Shown here: piece by piece, positions 1 to 13,479 of the stretch | Position numbering within the stretch: the stretch's first letter is position 1 | How the letters are laid out: every line of letters starts with the position of its first letter | Source: Eledone cirrhosa | Lineage: Eukaryota | Assembly (NCBI GenBank): GCA_964016885.1 | Contig: OZ024745.1 | Location: 101,308,001 to 101,372,000, forward strand | DNA length: 64,000 nucleotides | Direction: 5' to 3' | Notes under the pieces: generated by a model | The model's database searches: none | What the model saw: only the letters and a program-made list of their open reading frames with translations | Told to the model about the DNA's origin: nothing | Translations under genes and position numbers: made by a program

Positions 1-329
1 CACAGGCTCCTTAGATGTCTTTGGTGAAGTCACTATCTTATATTTTCAATTCTTGATGTATCTATGCCTGTGCTTCGTCCACTTAATTCATTTGAGATCT
101 TCAGATGTTCCTTTCTGTTTCTGCGAATGATATTTTTATAACCTTTGGCCTTCCTGGCTCTATATATTCAATACATATAGCTTACTACAAGGGCCATAAA
201 CTCGATACTGGAAAGCATGTAATCCTACGCCCCACCGATATTGCCAATCCACCGCCCTTTTCCACGTAATATATTACCAAAAATTACTTTGCTTAATAAC
301 ATTATATTACGTGCAAAAGGGCGGATTAC

Positions 330-510
330 ATGCTTTCCAGCATCGAGTTTATGGCCCTTTATGCTCTGTGTTCAAATCCCGCCGAGGTTAGCTTTACCTT
401 TCATCCTTATGGGGTCGATAAATTAAAGTACCAGTAACACACTGGTGTCGATCTAATCGACTTTCTCGTCCCCCCTCCCCCCAAATTGTTGGCCTCGTGC
501 CTAAATCAGA
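330..510 (+). mobile_element. tRNA-derived SINE copy (long variant)
   Basis: B box gttcaaatccc, central gcctttcatcctt..ggggtcgataaa..aagtaccag, tail ggcctcgtgcctaaatcagaaac; matches about 30 copies in the window. Confidence 0.8.
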
Positions 511-1989
511 AACTATTATATTGCGAGGAAAGACATTTGGGACAGTTCAATTTACAGATTTTTTTCTTGGTGTGTGTGTGTGGAGGGGGGGGGGGGTATG
601 TGTGTGTTGAAAGGTTTGTTTTAAAAACAGAAACCTTCACAAAGTATTTCTGGTTATGCCTATTGTGAAAGTAATTAAAAATTTCGACAAAAGATCGAAT
701 GTGAGACGGAGGAAATGATTGAAGTAGCACGCGTGAGTGTGTTTGTTATAGAAAAAGAAAGAACAATATTCCTAATAAAGTTATCAGTCATAAGGTTATA
801 TTTTGTACTCTAAAATGTGATAAAATTATAGAAATCTTAAAAGGAAACTGTATGGACACAACAAAAAATAAATTTTCTGTTATCTAAAAATCTGAGTGTT
901 TTAGAAAGAAAGACAAAAAAAAATAATGATTGCTTATGAGAATTGCGATCATCATTATAGATAACACATTTAGTTTAGTAGCCATAGTTAAATATTAAAG
1001 AAAAATGCAAAAAATAAAGAATAAAGAAATCTGACAGGTAATCAATAAAGCAAGAAAATGTCGGTGAAACAAACAATAATTTGCTATATGTGGATCAATG
1101 ATTTTTGCCTTAACGCAACGCATCTAATTTCTTATAATGATTTCATTGATTACAAATGTCCTGAGTTGGTGCACATTTGATAATTATCGATACTTCTAAG
1201 GAGTGCATATAATATGATGATTGATTTATAACAAAAGATGTTTACACCACAGAAGCTGTTTCTGGAGTTATCTACTTAGTTCTTGTTTATTTTCCGTATA
1301 TAATTAAAGAATACCATTTTATGTTCAGATGGAGAAAATATATGATGTGAAATACATCTTATGTATATCTAAACATACACCAGCGGACGAGCAAATGGAA
1401 GTGATCAGAATTTATATGTTAATAAACTTATATTTCTATATTAATAATATACGTAAATAGAGTAAATGCATCTGAAATCTAATTTAACGTCGGGAGACTT
1501 TCGATAAATTTCGTAAACATTTTGTGAGATAGTCATATATAATTATAAGCCTTTAAATTGCAAATTCTTGTTGTATAATTCTCTTAGGCTAGTCTTCTCG
1601 TCGGTCTTTCAACAAAAAAAAAATCTGCGGAGGAATTCCCCAGGACGGTTACTTTTTTGTTAATGTTATTTTGTTAATCTTTCCGATTAGCAGAAGTTAC
1701 TATGAGGCCAATATTATGAGAACTAGTTAGTTAGAACTACTAGGAGAAGAAGGAAGTTCCAGAGTGCCAACATAATTGCTATGCTGCTCATATCAAAAGT
1801 TTTCGGCATCTAACCATTATGTTCTCGGCAGGTTGTTGACAATCAGTAGATGTGTATGATATGTCACAAACATAATATGAAATTGATGATTGGAACAAAC
1901 ATCGCACCAGTGCAACTTATTCATTCAGAAGCAATCACGCTATCAGTTGTGTATGTTTCTGATTAGTTGCTTATAATGTTTGCCTCTTA

Positions 1990-2480
1990 TTACATTCTGT
2001 GAAGTACACACACTGTTCTCTTTCCAAATGAACATCCAATCATTCAATGTCATATTGACTACTGCTGCTGGAATATGTTCCGTTGCTTGTTGAGCTTTTT
2101 CCCTCTCAACTTCTCATAATTCAAACGTGAAGTCCCAATCATTGTTGTATTTGATAAGCTAATCTAAAGCAGCCGTAATTTGAAGGATGGATTTGATATT
2201 AACCAGATTCTGTAGTCTAATGTCAGAAGCAAATTTTTAACCACCAACGTAAGGTTAGGTTAACCGTCTTTGTTCCTCTCCAATAGGATGTATATTGCTT
2301 ATGCTGCAATGGATTTGACCATAAATGTGAAAACAATATAGCCTACGACCTGGAACATCAGATATCTGAACTCCCAGTGAAACAAAGGAACAGGTTGGGT
2401 TATAAACTCGAATGCTATCTTTAAAGTGTTTATAATTGAAATTCTTTGGGTTACTTATTAAATCCCGAGGATATAGTGGT
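1990..2480 (-). mobile_element. Degenerate Helitron Rep/helicase coding fragment
   Basis: Translation KNFNYKHFKDSIRVYN..SFVSLGVQI..PGRRLYCFHIYGQIHCSISNIHP resembles the Helitron F..NIR.YN..F.F.S.G..GPY.FRI.GQ.YH motif; stops downstream. Confidence 0.7.
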
Positions 2481-3277
2481 GTTTCTCTTTGCTTAGGCAA
2501 TATGGGGGAAGAGTCCTCAAACACTCCTTCCACTGAGTCCTGTGTCATAAGCAACCGCCACCAACTTATCTGGCTGGATCCCCAAGCGAGACCAGCCAAG
2601 CCCATGCATGTTATCCAACCATCTTGCTCGGAGTCTACCCCTGGATCTCCTGCCGATCGATTTAGCCCGTACAATCTGTCCAGTGATTCTTTCCTGAGAC
2701 ATTCTAACCACAAGGATTAATAAAATTACTTCAAGGCGGTGACGCAGCAAGGACGTAGGTTAAAGACTGAAGCCAGTAAATATTTGATAAATAATATATT
2801 TGACAAATAACCGATATGCAGAATATTCTTGAATGAAATCAAAATAGTACGATGATTACAAATCTTTTTAACTGCTAGACGATGTACCCACATCACCATC
2901 ACACATAGGATTTTTTTTTTTTATATTTCTTATCTAGAATAGTCCACCAGCAAAGCTTACGGGTGACGAAATTCTACAACTTATCTTAATATTGTTCTCT
3001 GTCGGCACAAATTTCTCCCTGAAAGATGGGCTATCATAACCAACCACTACCTGACTTTTTCAAATATATTTTGAAAATATTTTCAGAGTCTCTTTTCATG
3101 ACATTTAAAGTGTTTGTCTCGCGAGAAGATACGTATCATGCATATCATTGATTGTGTCTATTCATTCAAACAAATACTAGCGCTCACACACATACATATA
3201 TACATGCGTATGCACACGCAAAAATACTCCTGCACACGTACAAACACGCACACACAAACATGTTTCTACAGTAATAT

Positions 3278-3335
<58 letters not shown>

Positions 3336-3403
3336 ATATATATATATGTATATATATATATATGTGTACATATATATATGTATATATATATATACATGTG
3401 TAC

Positions 3404-3436
<33 letters not shown>

Positions 3437-3566
3437 TATATACATATGTATATATATGTATATATATATACATATATACATTCATATATATATATATATA
3501 TATAAATATACATATATCAATACACATATATAAATATACATATATATACATATACATATATCAAGT

Positions 3567-3752
3567 AATAATTGTTTCTACTTTTGGCACAAGGCCAGCA
3601 ATTACTCAGTGCATTACTGGTACTTTATTTTATCGACCCCGTAAGGATGAAAGGCAAAGTAAACCTCGGCGGCATTTGAACTCAGAATGACAAGGACCGT
3701 AACTCTATGCGTCAAAGCATGGCGTCCGACCCTCTACTGATATTGCCAATTC
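3567..3752 (-). mobile_element. tRNA-derived SINE copy
   Basis: Reverse complement of family consensus, next to (TA)n. Confidence 0.85.
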
Positions 3753-3759
3753 ACATAAT

Positions 3760-3972
3760 ATTTTCGAAACAGCGAGCGAGTTTGAAATTATTATAAATGT
3801 AAGCTATCGCCGTATTTTGACTAAAGAAATTAAAGAAATTATTTAGCCTGAATGGAAAAAGATGTAAGTCAATACTCATCTTTTTCCATTCCTCCGAGGG
3901 TTCTTAACCCCACTATCAGGGTAAATAATTTCTTTAGTCAAAATACGGCGATAGCTTACATTTATAATAATA
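3760..3972. repeat. Fold-back mini-element, same family as 51078-51302
   Basis: Inverted arms ttattataaatgtaagctatcgccgtattttgactaaagaaatta / taatttctttagtcaaaatacggcgatagcttacatttataataa; ends in (TA)n. Confidence 0.75.
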
Positions 3973-4001
3973 TATACATATATATATACACACAGACACA
4001 C

Positions 4002-4049
<48 letters not shown>

Positions 4050-4060
<11 letters not shown>

Positions 4061-4179
4061 TAAACGGAATAGAAAATGCTGACAAATTGTTCACAGTTGA
4101 AAAATGGTTTAATTTTCTATTCCATTTTCTATTCCGTTTACCAATATATAATAACTTGTGTGTTACACCTCTATTCTTT

Positions 4180-4185
<6 letters not shown>
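4050..4185. repeat. Short fold-back derivative of the 21166-21612 family between (TA)n tracts
   Basis: tattggtaaacggaatagaaaatg ... cattttctattccgtttaccaata, identical to the ends of the 21.2 kb palindrome. Confidence 0.8.
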
Positions 4186-4234
<49 letters not shown>

Positions 4235-4389
4235 GAAAGGTATAGAAAACACTGCAGCGAAAAGCGAACAGCATTCCATAGTATATAAGTGACTATAGCG
4301 TCAAAATGGGAAAAATAGTTAACGTAAGATGTGGGAAAAATAATTTAAACTCATCTTATATATAAATATATATATACATATAAATATAT

Positions 4390-4961
4390 ATAAATATAAG
4401 TATGTATACGAACATACATATATCTATACAGACGTACAGTAGTATGTATATATATACATACATGCACACATATATATATGTACGTACCGAACATTTATTA
4501 TAATGTTTGGTTTGTTTGTAAAAAAACATACCGAATTAAGCCGTACAGTGTTTAGCAACCATCGTTGCCCTCTTGTTCAACACTGACAAAGGAACGATGT
4601 ACTAGTTTCAAGCTTATTAGCTATCGTCAGCACTGTATACCTTCCTGCCAGATTATTGAACGTCTGAAAGTATATACTTTCCTTATGCATATTAACGGCT
4701 AAGCAGCCTAATTTGCATATTGAGTGAGTTAATCGGCCGGGTGCACCGAAAACGATAATTCGGTTTACAAACAAACCGAGCATGATAATAAATGTTCGGT
4801 AAATTCATATTTACATATGTATATGTGTGCATGTATGTATATATATATACATACTACTTTCGTCAGTATACATATATGTATGTACGTGTACATACTTATA
4901 TTTAAGTAACAGCTGTACTAAGAGTGAGTGAGAAATGAAATTTCGTTTCATTTTTTCCATT

Positions 4962-4965
<4 letters not shown>
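4390..4965 (-). mobile_element. Hammerhead-bearing fold-back element (family B; homologous to 62780-63810)
   Basis: Minus-strand unit followed by an inverted partial copy of its 3' end (about 4755-4965); (TA)n flanks. Confidence 0.75.
4595..4635 (-). ncRNA. Type I hammerhead ribozyme motif (family B)
   Basis: rc: CAGUG-CUGACGA-U-AGCU aaua AGCU-U-GAAA-CUAG-UA^-CAUCG; palindromic stem III ACUAGU; one stem I mismatch. Confidence 0.7.
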
Positions 4966-5033
<68 letters not shown>

Positions 5034-5174
5034 TGTGTAAGTAGAAGGGATATTTAATTTGTTGGAAATCGAACAAATATAAATGTTTATAACTGATTCA
5101 GAGCACTCGACAGTTTCTGGAGTAAATATTCAATGATATTAAATAAATGGAAACTATATTTATAAAACCATATT

Positions 5175-5237
5175 TATTCTATTATATATATTTCAAGGGT
5201 ACCTAAAAACTTTGGTACACTTTCATCAGATAAAATA
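5175..5237 (-). ncRNA. Type I hammerhead motif (family A)
   Basis: rc: UAUUUUAU-CUGAUGA-AAGuGUACC..GGUACcCUU-GAAA-UAUAUA-UA^-AUAGAAUA. Confidence 0.75.
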
Positions 5238-5369
5238 CAAAGAATGTTTTATAAATTTTGACATAGCCAAGGAAAATCATACCTTATCAGTTGAATATTC
5301 CCTGGGTAATATTCGACTGATAAGGTATGATTATCCTTGGCTATGTCAACATTCATAAAACACTCTTTG

Positions 5370-5432
5370 TATTTTATCTGATGAAAGCGTACCAAAGTGT
5401 TTTGGTACCCTTGAAATATATATAATAGAATA
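5370..5432 (+). ncRNA. Type I hammerhead motif (family A)
   Basis: Stem I UAUUUUAU/AUAGAAUA (8 bp, one G-U); CUGAUGA 5378-5384; stem II AAGcGUACCAAA/UUUGGUACcCUU; GAAA 5413-5416; predicted cleavage after 5424. Confidence 0.8.
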
Positions 5433-5719
5433 AATATGGTTTTATAAATATAGTTTCCATTTATTTAATATCAGTGAATATGTATATATGTATGTATTTT
5501 TTCTCGTGAGTCAGTTCTTTCGTTGCTACGGACCCCGCGGCGGTCGTTATATTCAATTTGCAAAGCCCTTTAAACTGTATGTTATTACTCTGAGGTCTAT
5601 ACCTTGTCGAGTGCTTGGCTGCTCTTCTGAATGCATTCGTCGGCTTAGCTGCGGCTCGAGCTTCGAATATGCTGTACTTCCATTTTTCTATATATATATA
5701 TATTATATATATATATGCG

Positions 5720-5771
<52 letters not shown>

Positions 5772-5773
<2 letters not shown>

Positions 5774-5880
5774 GGAAAATTTGAACAGGAACAAAACAGA
5801 GAGGCAGTACAACGAATGTTTATTAATTTCACGCTCTTGAGAGTGGGGTGGTGGTAAAACGTTTGAATTTGTAAAGCCAA
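5772..5880 (-). mobile_element. 3' end of a Penelope-like element, homologous to 49010-49085
   Basis: rc matches ccccactctc..gagcgtgaa..taataaacatt.gt.gtactgcctctctgtt..cctgttcaa. Confidence 0.6.
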
Positions 5881-6070
5881 AACAATGCAGGTATGGGCAT
5901 AGAATAAAAATGCAAATGCAAAAGATATTGTTGACAATTAGTCTTTTACCTTAGATTTATTTAAATATCCTTAATTTTCGAGATAATATCTCTTCTTCGG
6001 AGGGAAGTAAAGCGGTTAAACCAGTGTTCTAAAGAGCTTGCCAAGTGATGCTGACAGGAAATTTCCAGAA

Positions 6071-6154
<84 letters not shown>

Positions 6155-6472
6155 CATTGCAAACGAATCGAATGTTATTATTAATATTCGAAAAACTCAG
6201 ATTACATTTATTGTATTCAGCCATGTAGAACGAACATTTTCTCTTTTATATATATATATATATATATTTTTTTTTTTCTCATTCTCTTCATCCCACATAC
6301 ACACACTCCTTGTATATATCATGATAATAAAATACAAGATCATGTGACAATCACTTTGTGATAGATTTGTTTAGAAAGTGATAGCTTGAAACCTCCTACC
6401 CTACCTTTTCTTTCACCTACAGTGTTGACAAGACATGTCCATCTTCTAGTTTGTCAGTATTTTAACAACAAG

Positions 6473-6560
<88 letters not shown>
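6473..6560. repeat. (TATC)n microsatellite just upstream of the LINE
   Basis: Direct reading. Confidence 0.95.
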
Positions 6561-6561
<1 letters not shown>

Positions 6562-6583
6562 GCCTGTTTGCCTTTCTATCATT

Positions 6584-8818
6584 CTACCCTACGAATTTTA
6601 CGTAGCAATGCCGGACTTATTCTCCGGTCTCCTGGAAGCGGTCTACTGCAACTGGCAACAGAATGGGTGAATTCACAGTTCTGTGACCGGGGGCGTAGTC
6701 ACACTAGTCAGGAAGGACGAGAATAAGGGGGATGACATAGGCAACTTCCGGCCCATAACTCTGCTAAACACAGAGTTACAGATTTTGGCCAAGGTGTTGG
6801 CAAAGAGGCTGGCGCTTGACGTCGAGAACCTGGTGGGAGAAGCGCAGACATGCGCTAGAGAGGGTAGGGTGTAAACCCGGCTTCGGTGGGGCCCTGATCA
6901 ACTTGGATCAGTCTAAGGCTTTCGATAGGGTTGACCATCGTTACCTGGATGCAGTGCTCGAGGCGGCAGGCTTCGGACCCGTGTTCAGGGGCTGGATTGC
7001 TGCAATGCATAGCAGCAACATCTGCTCAAGGGTTAAGGTGAACAGCTACCTCTCGGAGCCGTTCCATATCACGCGATCCATTCGACAGGGATGCCCTCTC
7101 TCCTCCCTTCTGTACGTATTGACTCTCGGGCCACTACTGCGGAGGTTGGAGCTATTGCAGGGCATCCCTCTGGAACCGGGACTGCGGAAAGCGGCGTCAG
7201 CTTACGCCGACGACGTAATGGTGTTGAGCGTCTCGCAAATCGAGGAAGTCGGCACCTTACTGAAGGAATACGAAAGGTTCACAGGAGCGAAGCTGAACCG
7301 GCACAAGTCCATCGGTTTGCAACTCGGATCGTGGAGAGGCAAACCGATGCCTTCCGATGGCATCGTCGGACGCTGGACAGAAGGACCAGTAAAGCTGCGC
7401 GGGGTCAGGTTTGGTCCGGACCTCCAGGTGGAGAAGAACTGGAACGAGGTGTCGGCCAAGGTGTTTGCACTCACCCAGAAGTGGGCCGAGTGCAAACTAT
7501 CCTTGAAAGGTCGAGCGGAGGTGGCAAACACTGTTATAGCGTCCGCCATCTACTACCGCTTGACCGTCGCGCCTTGTCTAGCCAAAACGCTCGCCAAAAT
7601 GGAGCGCGCGCTCTCCCAATTCCTTTGGAAGAGGCGGGCTCCTTTGGTGGGAAGATCCATCTGCTGCCAACGCCCTTCCAACGGAGGGCTGGGGATGCCG
7701 TGGCTGACGATGCGCAAAAACGGGCTCAGGCTGCGGCATCTCTACGTATTCCTCACCGGACAACCGGTGTGGGCCCCGTTCGTGAGGCGAGCCTTCCCAC
7801 GACTCGTCTCGCTGACCCAGCTGCAGTCCTGGGTCAAGCAAAGACCGAGGAAAATGGGCGACTGGTACATCGAATGTGCTCAGGCGCTCACAGCCTTCTG
7901 GCAAGCGGACCTGGCGATCGGTGGAGACTCCACTTCGTCATTCTATAGAGGGTTGATCCGCAGCAAGTGCGACGACGTGCTCGGTGAAACTCTAGGCGTA
8001 GAGGAAGACGAACTGGCCAGTCTGTTCGGTAGGACCTTCCACCCGGGACCGATGGACAACTTCCAAAAGTCCCTGGCCTGGCAGTGCTACCGAGGAGCTC
8101 TACCAGTTCGAGACAAGCTCTACAGACATGGGCGCCTGGGCAGGGACCCTGCAAAAAAGATCTGTCCGAGGTGCGTACGAGACGAAGAAACCGTCGCGCA
8201 CGCATTCATACACTGCTCGGGCGTTACCGACCTGTGGGGCTATGTAGAACGACTATTGTCGCGGGTGGGTCCGATCCAGTTGACCACCCAGTCCATTGTC
8301 ATGATCAAACCGCCACCCTCCTTCAAAAACGAAGGAGAGGCGGTTTTCTTTTGCGTGATAGCTATGGCGAAAGAGGTTGTATGGTGGAACAAGGTTGAAA
8401 GGGCTGAGGTCAGACACCTTTCTCTCCGGCCAACAACTGATTCTTTTTTTCAAATACCACTTTGGAAGAAGAATCAGGATGGAGAGAGAGGTGTTGTACC
8501 CCAACAAGTTTTATGAAAGGTGGGTGAAAGTGGCGAGAATGGCCCGAATGAATGGGCCTTCTCTCTATATCAGCCTGTAGGTTGAGGAAAAAGAGGAGGA
8601 GAGGAAAGGAGTACAAACTCTTCGTACTCCTGGAGATGAGGGTTGCACATTTTTTTTCGGGGGTATGTGTTACCCATATGTAATGTCTCCCCCTACTGGG
8701 GAAAATCGATTAACTTTTAAATTGCATTTGTGATAATATTTTACACGTTTTTATTATATGTAAACTTCCTCCTTTGTATTTCTCCCCTTCTTTGTGCCCC
8801 TGTGGCTAATAAAGAAAC
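6584..8818 (+). mobile_element. 5'-truncated L1/Tx1-clade LINE, ORF2 pseudogene (RT plus C-terminal zinc finger) with 3' UTR
   Basis: LPYEFY, NFRPITLLNTELQILAKVLA, LDQSKAFDRVDH, IRQGCPLS, YADD, GGLG, CPRC..ETVAHAFIHC; stop near 6668, deletion/frameshift near 6853, frameshift near 8390; 3' end gcccctgtggctaataaagaaa. Confidence 0.92.
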
Positions 8819-8909
8819 ATATCATTTTATCTGTCTATATTTATCATCTACCTATCTATCAATATAAACCAGTATTTATTAGTTTATACATAAATCCCCT
8901 AATTTTTAT

Positions 8910-9075
8910 AAGGACTCGCGTCTCCCTCAACATCCTCCGGAGATGTTCTCTATTCTGTCCGCCGGAGTCGCGGAGCGGTCAGAACGTAGGCATCCAATTG
9001 CTCATAATAGTGAGAGATGGGGAAAGCGGGAGTGACGGGGTCAGTGACAGTTTGGTTCCTTTGTGTTCGGACTTG
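8910..9075 (+). mobile_element. 3' end of a CRE-like (RLE-type) non-LTR element
   Basis: RVSLNILR..SLF aligns with QRASLTILQSNGFSI (15.6 kb) and WLFQCISLTILRGNAFSIL (24.8 kb). Confidence 0.6.
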
Positions 9076-9151
9076 GTGTATATGTATATGTTTCACAGAC
9101 ACACACAGCCTACATCGTGACTGCATCAGGAACGTATATATATATATATAG

Positions 9152-9335
9152 TAATTGTTTCTACTTTAGGCACAAGGCCAGCAATTACCCAGTACATTAC
9201 TGGTACTTTATTTTATCGACCCCGTAAGGATGACAGGCAAAGTTAACCTCGGCGGGATTTGAACTCAGACTGTAAAGGGACGTAACTATGCCAGAAAGCA
9301 TGGCGTCAGACTCTCTACCGATACTGCCAACTCCC
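9152..9335 (-). mobile_element. tRNA-derived SINE copy
   Basis: Family consensus, between (TA)n tracts. Confidence 0.85.
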
Positions 9336-9454
9336 CGACCATATATATATATATATATAGTAATAATAATAAATTTGAAGACTAAAATCCAAAGAGGGGT
9401 CGATAAGGATAAATATATATCAAATATATAAGAACCGTAGAGCAAATATTGTTA

Positions 9455-9491
<37 letters not shown>

Positions 9492-10300
9492 AATTTCAGC
9501 GAGATCGAATTTCGGCTGTGGTCGAAAACAAAGCGAAACGCAATATCCGAGTTATGCTGGCAAGTATTCCATGGACCAAATAAAGACCAGAGCAATAAAC
9601 ATAGATTATAAAGGCCAAACAAACTGAGATGGCAGTCAAGAAGCCATCAACCACCTAAGTCAAAAAGACGAGGCAAGCCAAACAGGTCAAACAAAATAAT
9701 TGAATATTTACCCGAACCCTTGGAAAAGATGGTATAATCCAGTAAAGGGTTTCTGCGCACCTAAATCAATTATACTGCCTGCTTAAATAATAAGCTTTTG
9801 GTATAATGATCGAAAGAGGCTGTCACTTCGTCAACAGGTATTTTGTTCTACGCCAGCAAGCAGGATTACGCATTGGTATGTAATAGTAAAACCACGTGTG
9901 CAACTCTGCAAGGGAGAAAACCCCAGATTTTGGCAGATGAATTCAGTAAGTGTAAAATTAATGCAATAATTGCAAAAACTGTACAAATCGAATTAAGCTC
10001 TCGACCGGGTAGTTTGTAAAATAAACTTAAGCATTTAATCAGTCAATAGAATTATCTAAAAAAATTATATAAATATTTGTGTGTGTATACATAAATATAT
10101 TCATACACACACACCGATATATATATATATATAGTATTAAGGATACTATTTATGGTTATGTATGTAATAAAACCTTTTATGGTTATATATTTTTTATACA
10201 AACCCCAAATAGTGAAAGATAGTCATTAATTACTATCTTATTACCAGTAAGATAAATAGCTCAATGTAATAACATCGGTTGTTTTACAGAGCAGTTATAT

Positions 10301-10557
10301 AGAGATTACAATAATCAAAGTTCAGTTTAAATCATTTATTTGCTTACAATTGTTTCCTCCAAACCGAGGTTTGGATTCTTCGGAGCAACTATTTAGTGAT
10401 CTATAACATACTTGACCTCCTTTTCAACACAAGAGACATATAAAAACATATGCATATATTGACCCACAGCATAGTTGCTCCGAAGAATCCAAACCTCGGT
10501 TTGGAACAAACAATTGTAAGCAAATAAATGATTTAAACTGAACTTTGATTATTGTAA

Positions 10558-10565
<8 letters not shown>
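10301..10565. mobile_element. Hammerhead-bearing fold-back (family C), about 90-bp inverted arms with about 80-bp spacer
   Basis: agagattacaataatc...ggagcaact (10301-10390) vs agttgctcc...gattattgtaatctct (10473-10562). Confidence 0.8.
10340..10388 (-). ncRNA. Type I hammerhead motif, U4C core variant
   Basis: rc: UUGCU-CCGAAGA-A-UCCAAAC cucg GUUUGGA-G-GAAA-CAAUUG-UA^-AGCAA-AUAAA; the mirror copy at 10475-10523 has lost GAAA. Confidence 0.65.
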
Positions 10566-10591
<26 letters not shown>

Positions 10592-10665
10592 CCAACCAAA
10601 CAGTGAGTGTGTTCCGTTATTATTTCTGGCAATATTACTACAACAATATGACCCTCCCCAAGTAT

Positions 10666-10668
<3 letters not shown>
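10592..10668. repeat. Short (TA)n-embedded repeat, second copy at 18205-18278
   Basis: Shared ccaaccaaacagtgagtgtgttc.gttatta.ttctggcaatatta...aatatgaccctccccaagtataa. Confidence 0.7.
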
Positions 10669-10701
<33 letters not shown>

Positions 10702-12849
10702 GTATGTGGTGCCAGGCTGCATCAGCCCTTGCGTTTCCTTTGGACCATATCGGTGGCGTGGAGGGAGGGGCGGGTGGTAAGCATGGGCGACTGCTGATTT
10801 TCCACAAACAACCTTGCCCGGACTTGTACCTCGGGGGGGGGGGGGAACTTTCTAGGTGCAAATTGCATCGTCATTTGTGACTGAATGGGGTCTTTACCCT
10901 ATATATATATATATATATATATAGTTCATGGTAAAAGGAAAATAAATACAAAGAACATTGACACAAAATTTTATTAGTTTAATTTTTTGTGGAAAAGATG
11001 AAAGGATATTTTATCGTATCGAACGTTGGTCTTTCATCGGGAAAATGTTTCATAGAGTGAGTGAGAGAGATTGGAAGATTTTATCTTTCGCTGACACAAA
11101 CAGAACCGAATATTTAAGAAGCTGCAATCATGAGATTCTGGGTTCGATTCTACTGTGTAATATGTTTGGGTTTCTTTTTTTTTTTTTTTTTTTACCCAAA
11201 CCATATCAATGAAACTTGAGAGACGGAAGCTCTTTGGAAGCCCGTTGGATGAACTGTACCAATAAATTTTAAAAAGTCAGGCTTGTCACACATGGTCACA
11301 TTGATGTTTCCTAAATATCCTGCCACTTATTTGATAATTCAACAAATATGCATTTCTCTTGATTGAACAATTGTAATATTCATCGTGGAAACTCTTTATC
11401 TCCATAAGTATCGCAGCCGTATAGCAGATACACAGTCAATTAGTTGGCGTTAACTGGATAGCTTATTCTGTAGCCAGATGTCCTTCTTCTGCCCTATTGA
11501 TATTAACCTCATTAAAATCTTCATCTTCATCTGTCCCGTAGTCTGGGGGACCGTTGGGTTGCCACGGATGACATGGCAACCATTACCTTCTAATCTTCTC
11601 GACTCTCGCCCTCATCATGGTTGCACCCAGCTTCATGCCTGTCCATTCTGGCATGTTGTCCTTCCATCTCTTTCTGGGATGTTGTCCTCCCATCTAATCA
11701 ATATAAAGAAATTAAAATTCAGTGATTCAAATCTCGTCAATCAGCTTGTTGCTCTTTTTATGACATACAGCATATTCATAACGCCTAATATTAATTTCAT
11801 TAAAATCTATGCAGTTAAATTATACTCTAAACAGTTATTTTTACATATCGGTCTCTTACACTTAAGAGCACTTGATTGTTCCCCCATAGCATCACGTGAA
11901 AATTATTAAAAATTGAATGTTACTGTTTCATATTCCAGTACGCAATCACATTCGGTTCAAAGGTGAAGTGGGACTTTAAGTAGACGAAACAGAACATTTA
12001 TTTCCGTTTACTTAAAAATTAACACTGACCACAACGTAGACTGCGACAATAAATATGTCTGAGTGCTAATAGGAAAACTTGAAACTGAACCTTTTTCTTG
12101 CAATCATTTTGTTATCCAGCAGGAAGCAAAATAATCTGGCACATCGTTAGTTAAATGTTTTCTTTCGATTTTTTTTTTTAACTCTCGTAATATTTTCTGT
12201 TTTCTGTTGAGAATTTCCTTTTCCTCCAGACACGCAGGTTATATGTCTCCTAGAAGCACATAGGTTCATTTATATTCTCATTTCCTTCCATAATATACTT
12301 GTTCCCTTCTGCTTAAATCAGAAACCAATATTTATTTCTGCTGGAAAGCAGGAAAGCATATTAGAGCAAAACATGAAGATTTTGGTGAGCCGATGTGACA
12401 ACTAGGTTTCGATTCTCGCATGACAAAGGTCTCTTCGCTTATGCTGCAACCTTTTTTTGTAAAGGGATGAGAGTCGCAGCTTCTGATCCCCGCCTCCTAC
12501 CACACATAAAAATAAAAACTCGGTATTTGTACAAAGTAAAATGAAAAGTAAGCTTATGGCGAATCAAGACCGTAACCAATTTTCAGTGTTTTGTTTCTAT
12601 TATAAATAAAAACTCAATAATAAACCTGGAGTTAATAGATTATTTTGGACAAAATTATAATTTTATCCCTAATGATTCCGAGTAATGTTCACATATCATC
12701 ATGCACTATACGTGTCTGTCAGATATAACAGTGTTCATGTGTATTTTAACCTCTCCTGTTCAAATTCATCATTATCAAGATTGCCACGTCCAGCTTGGTT
12801 ATAAGTGCTATCAAACCGGTGGATCTGTTGACTGAAATTAGGAGACGAT

Positions 12850-13085
12850 ATGGTACTATTTAACTCGTCAAAAGATGATCTCAGCAATGGCGGAGTGCTG
12901 CATGCAGGAATGAAAATTAGCGCTGCAAAGACTAAAGCACTCGCCATCACAAGAAAGCCTGCGCAATGCACTCTGCATGTAAGTGGATTTACACTGAAGC
13001 AGGTGGAGGAGTTCAAGTATCTCAGATCCGTGTTCACTAGTTCGATAGGGAACGTAGCTTGGAGATTAGAGAGTCGGTTGGTCTC
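12850..13085 (+). mobile_element. RTE-like LINE RT fragment
   Basis: GMKISAAKTKAL..LKQVEEFKYLRSVFT; homologous to 30825-31210. Confidence 0.7.
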
Positions 13086-13146
13086 GCTTGGCGATCCAGC
13101 CCGGTCCATTAAAAACACGTTTGCTTCTGATAGGGCCCTCTGAAAG

Positions 13147-13326
13147 GTGTGTCTGTGGACTGTACACCCTCGTTCCTCTCATGAATACGCCGGCAAAGAA
13201 GAAAAAGAACAAGAAACAAGTGTAAGAGGAGAAGACGAAGAATTAATAAGACGCACCTCCGTCGGTTCTGATGACGAGTGTTCCATCTTTTTTATCAACG
13301 AAGCAACCGGCTTGAGAAATGATCAT
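13147..13326 (+). CDS. Weak candidate upstream exon of the host gene
   Basis: Open frame ..RRTSVGSDDECSIFFINEATGLRNDH ends at strong donor GTAAGT (13327); acceptor uncertain; phase does not join 18135 directly. Confidence 0.25.
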
Positions 13327-13479
13327 GTAAGTAGTTGATTATGTATGCATTGTGATACGATACTTGACAAAGAATTACAGCTTAATTTTCCAGCTGAAGT
13401 GACTGAAACGACGTGAAATCTAACGCCTTGTTCAAGGATGCATCGCCAAGTGCTAACAACTCAGCCACACACCACCAGT

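Larger units (their letters stand above)
5040..5472. mobile_element. PLE pLTR-like fold-back (family A), about 165-bp diverged inverted arms centred near 5302
   Basis: Arms about 5135-5301 and 5303-5472 are reverse complements with several mismatches; each has a hammerhead followed by AATAAA. Confidence 0.8.

Noticed and set aside
7091-8398. Alternative-frame and antisense ORFs over the LINE
   Set aside because: Shadows of the GC-rich RT coding sequence
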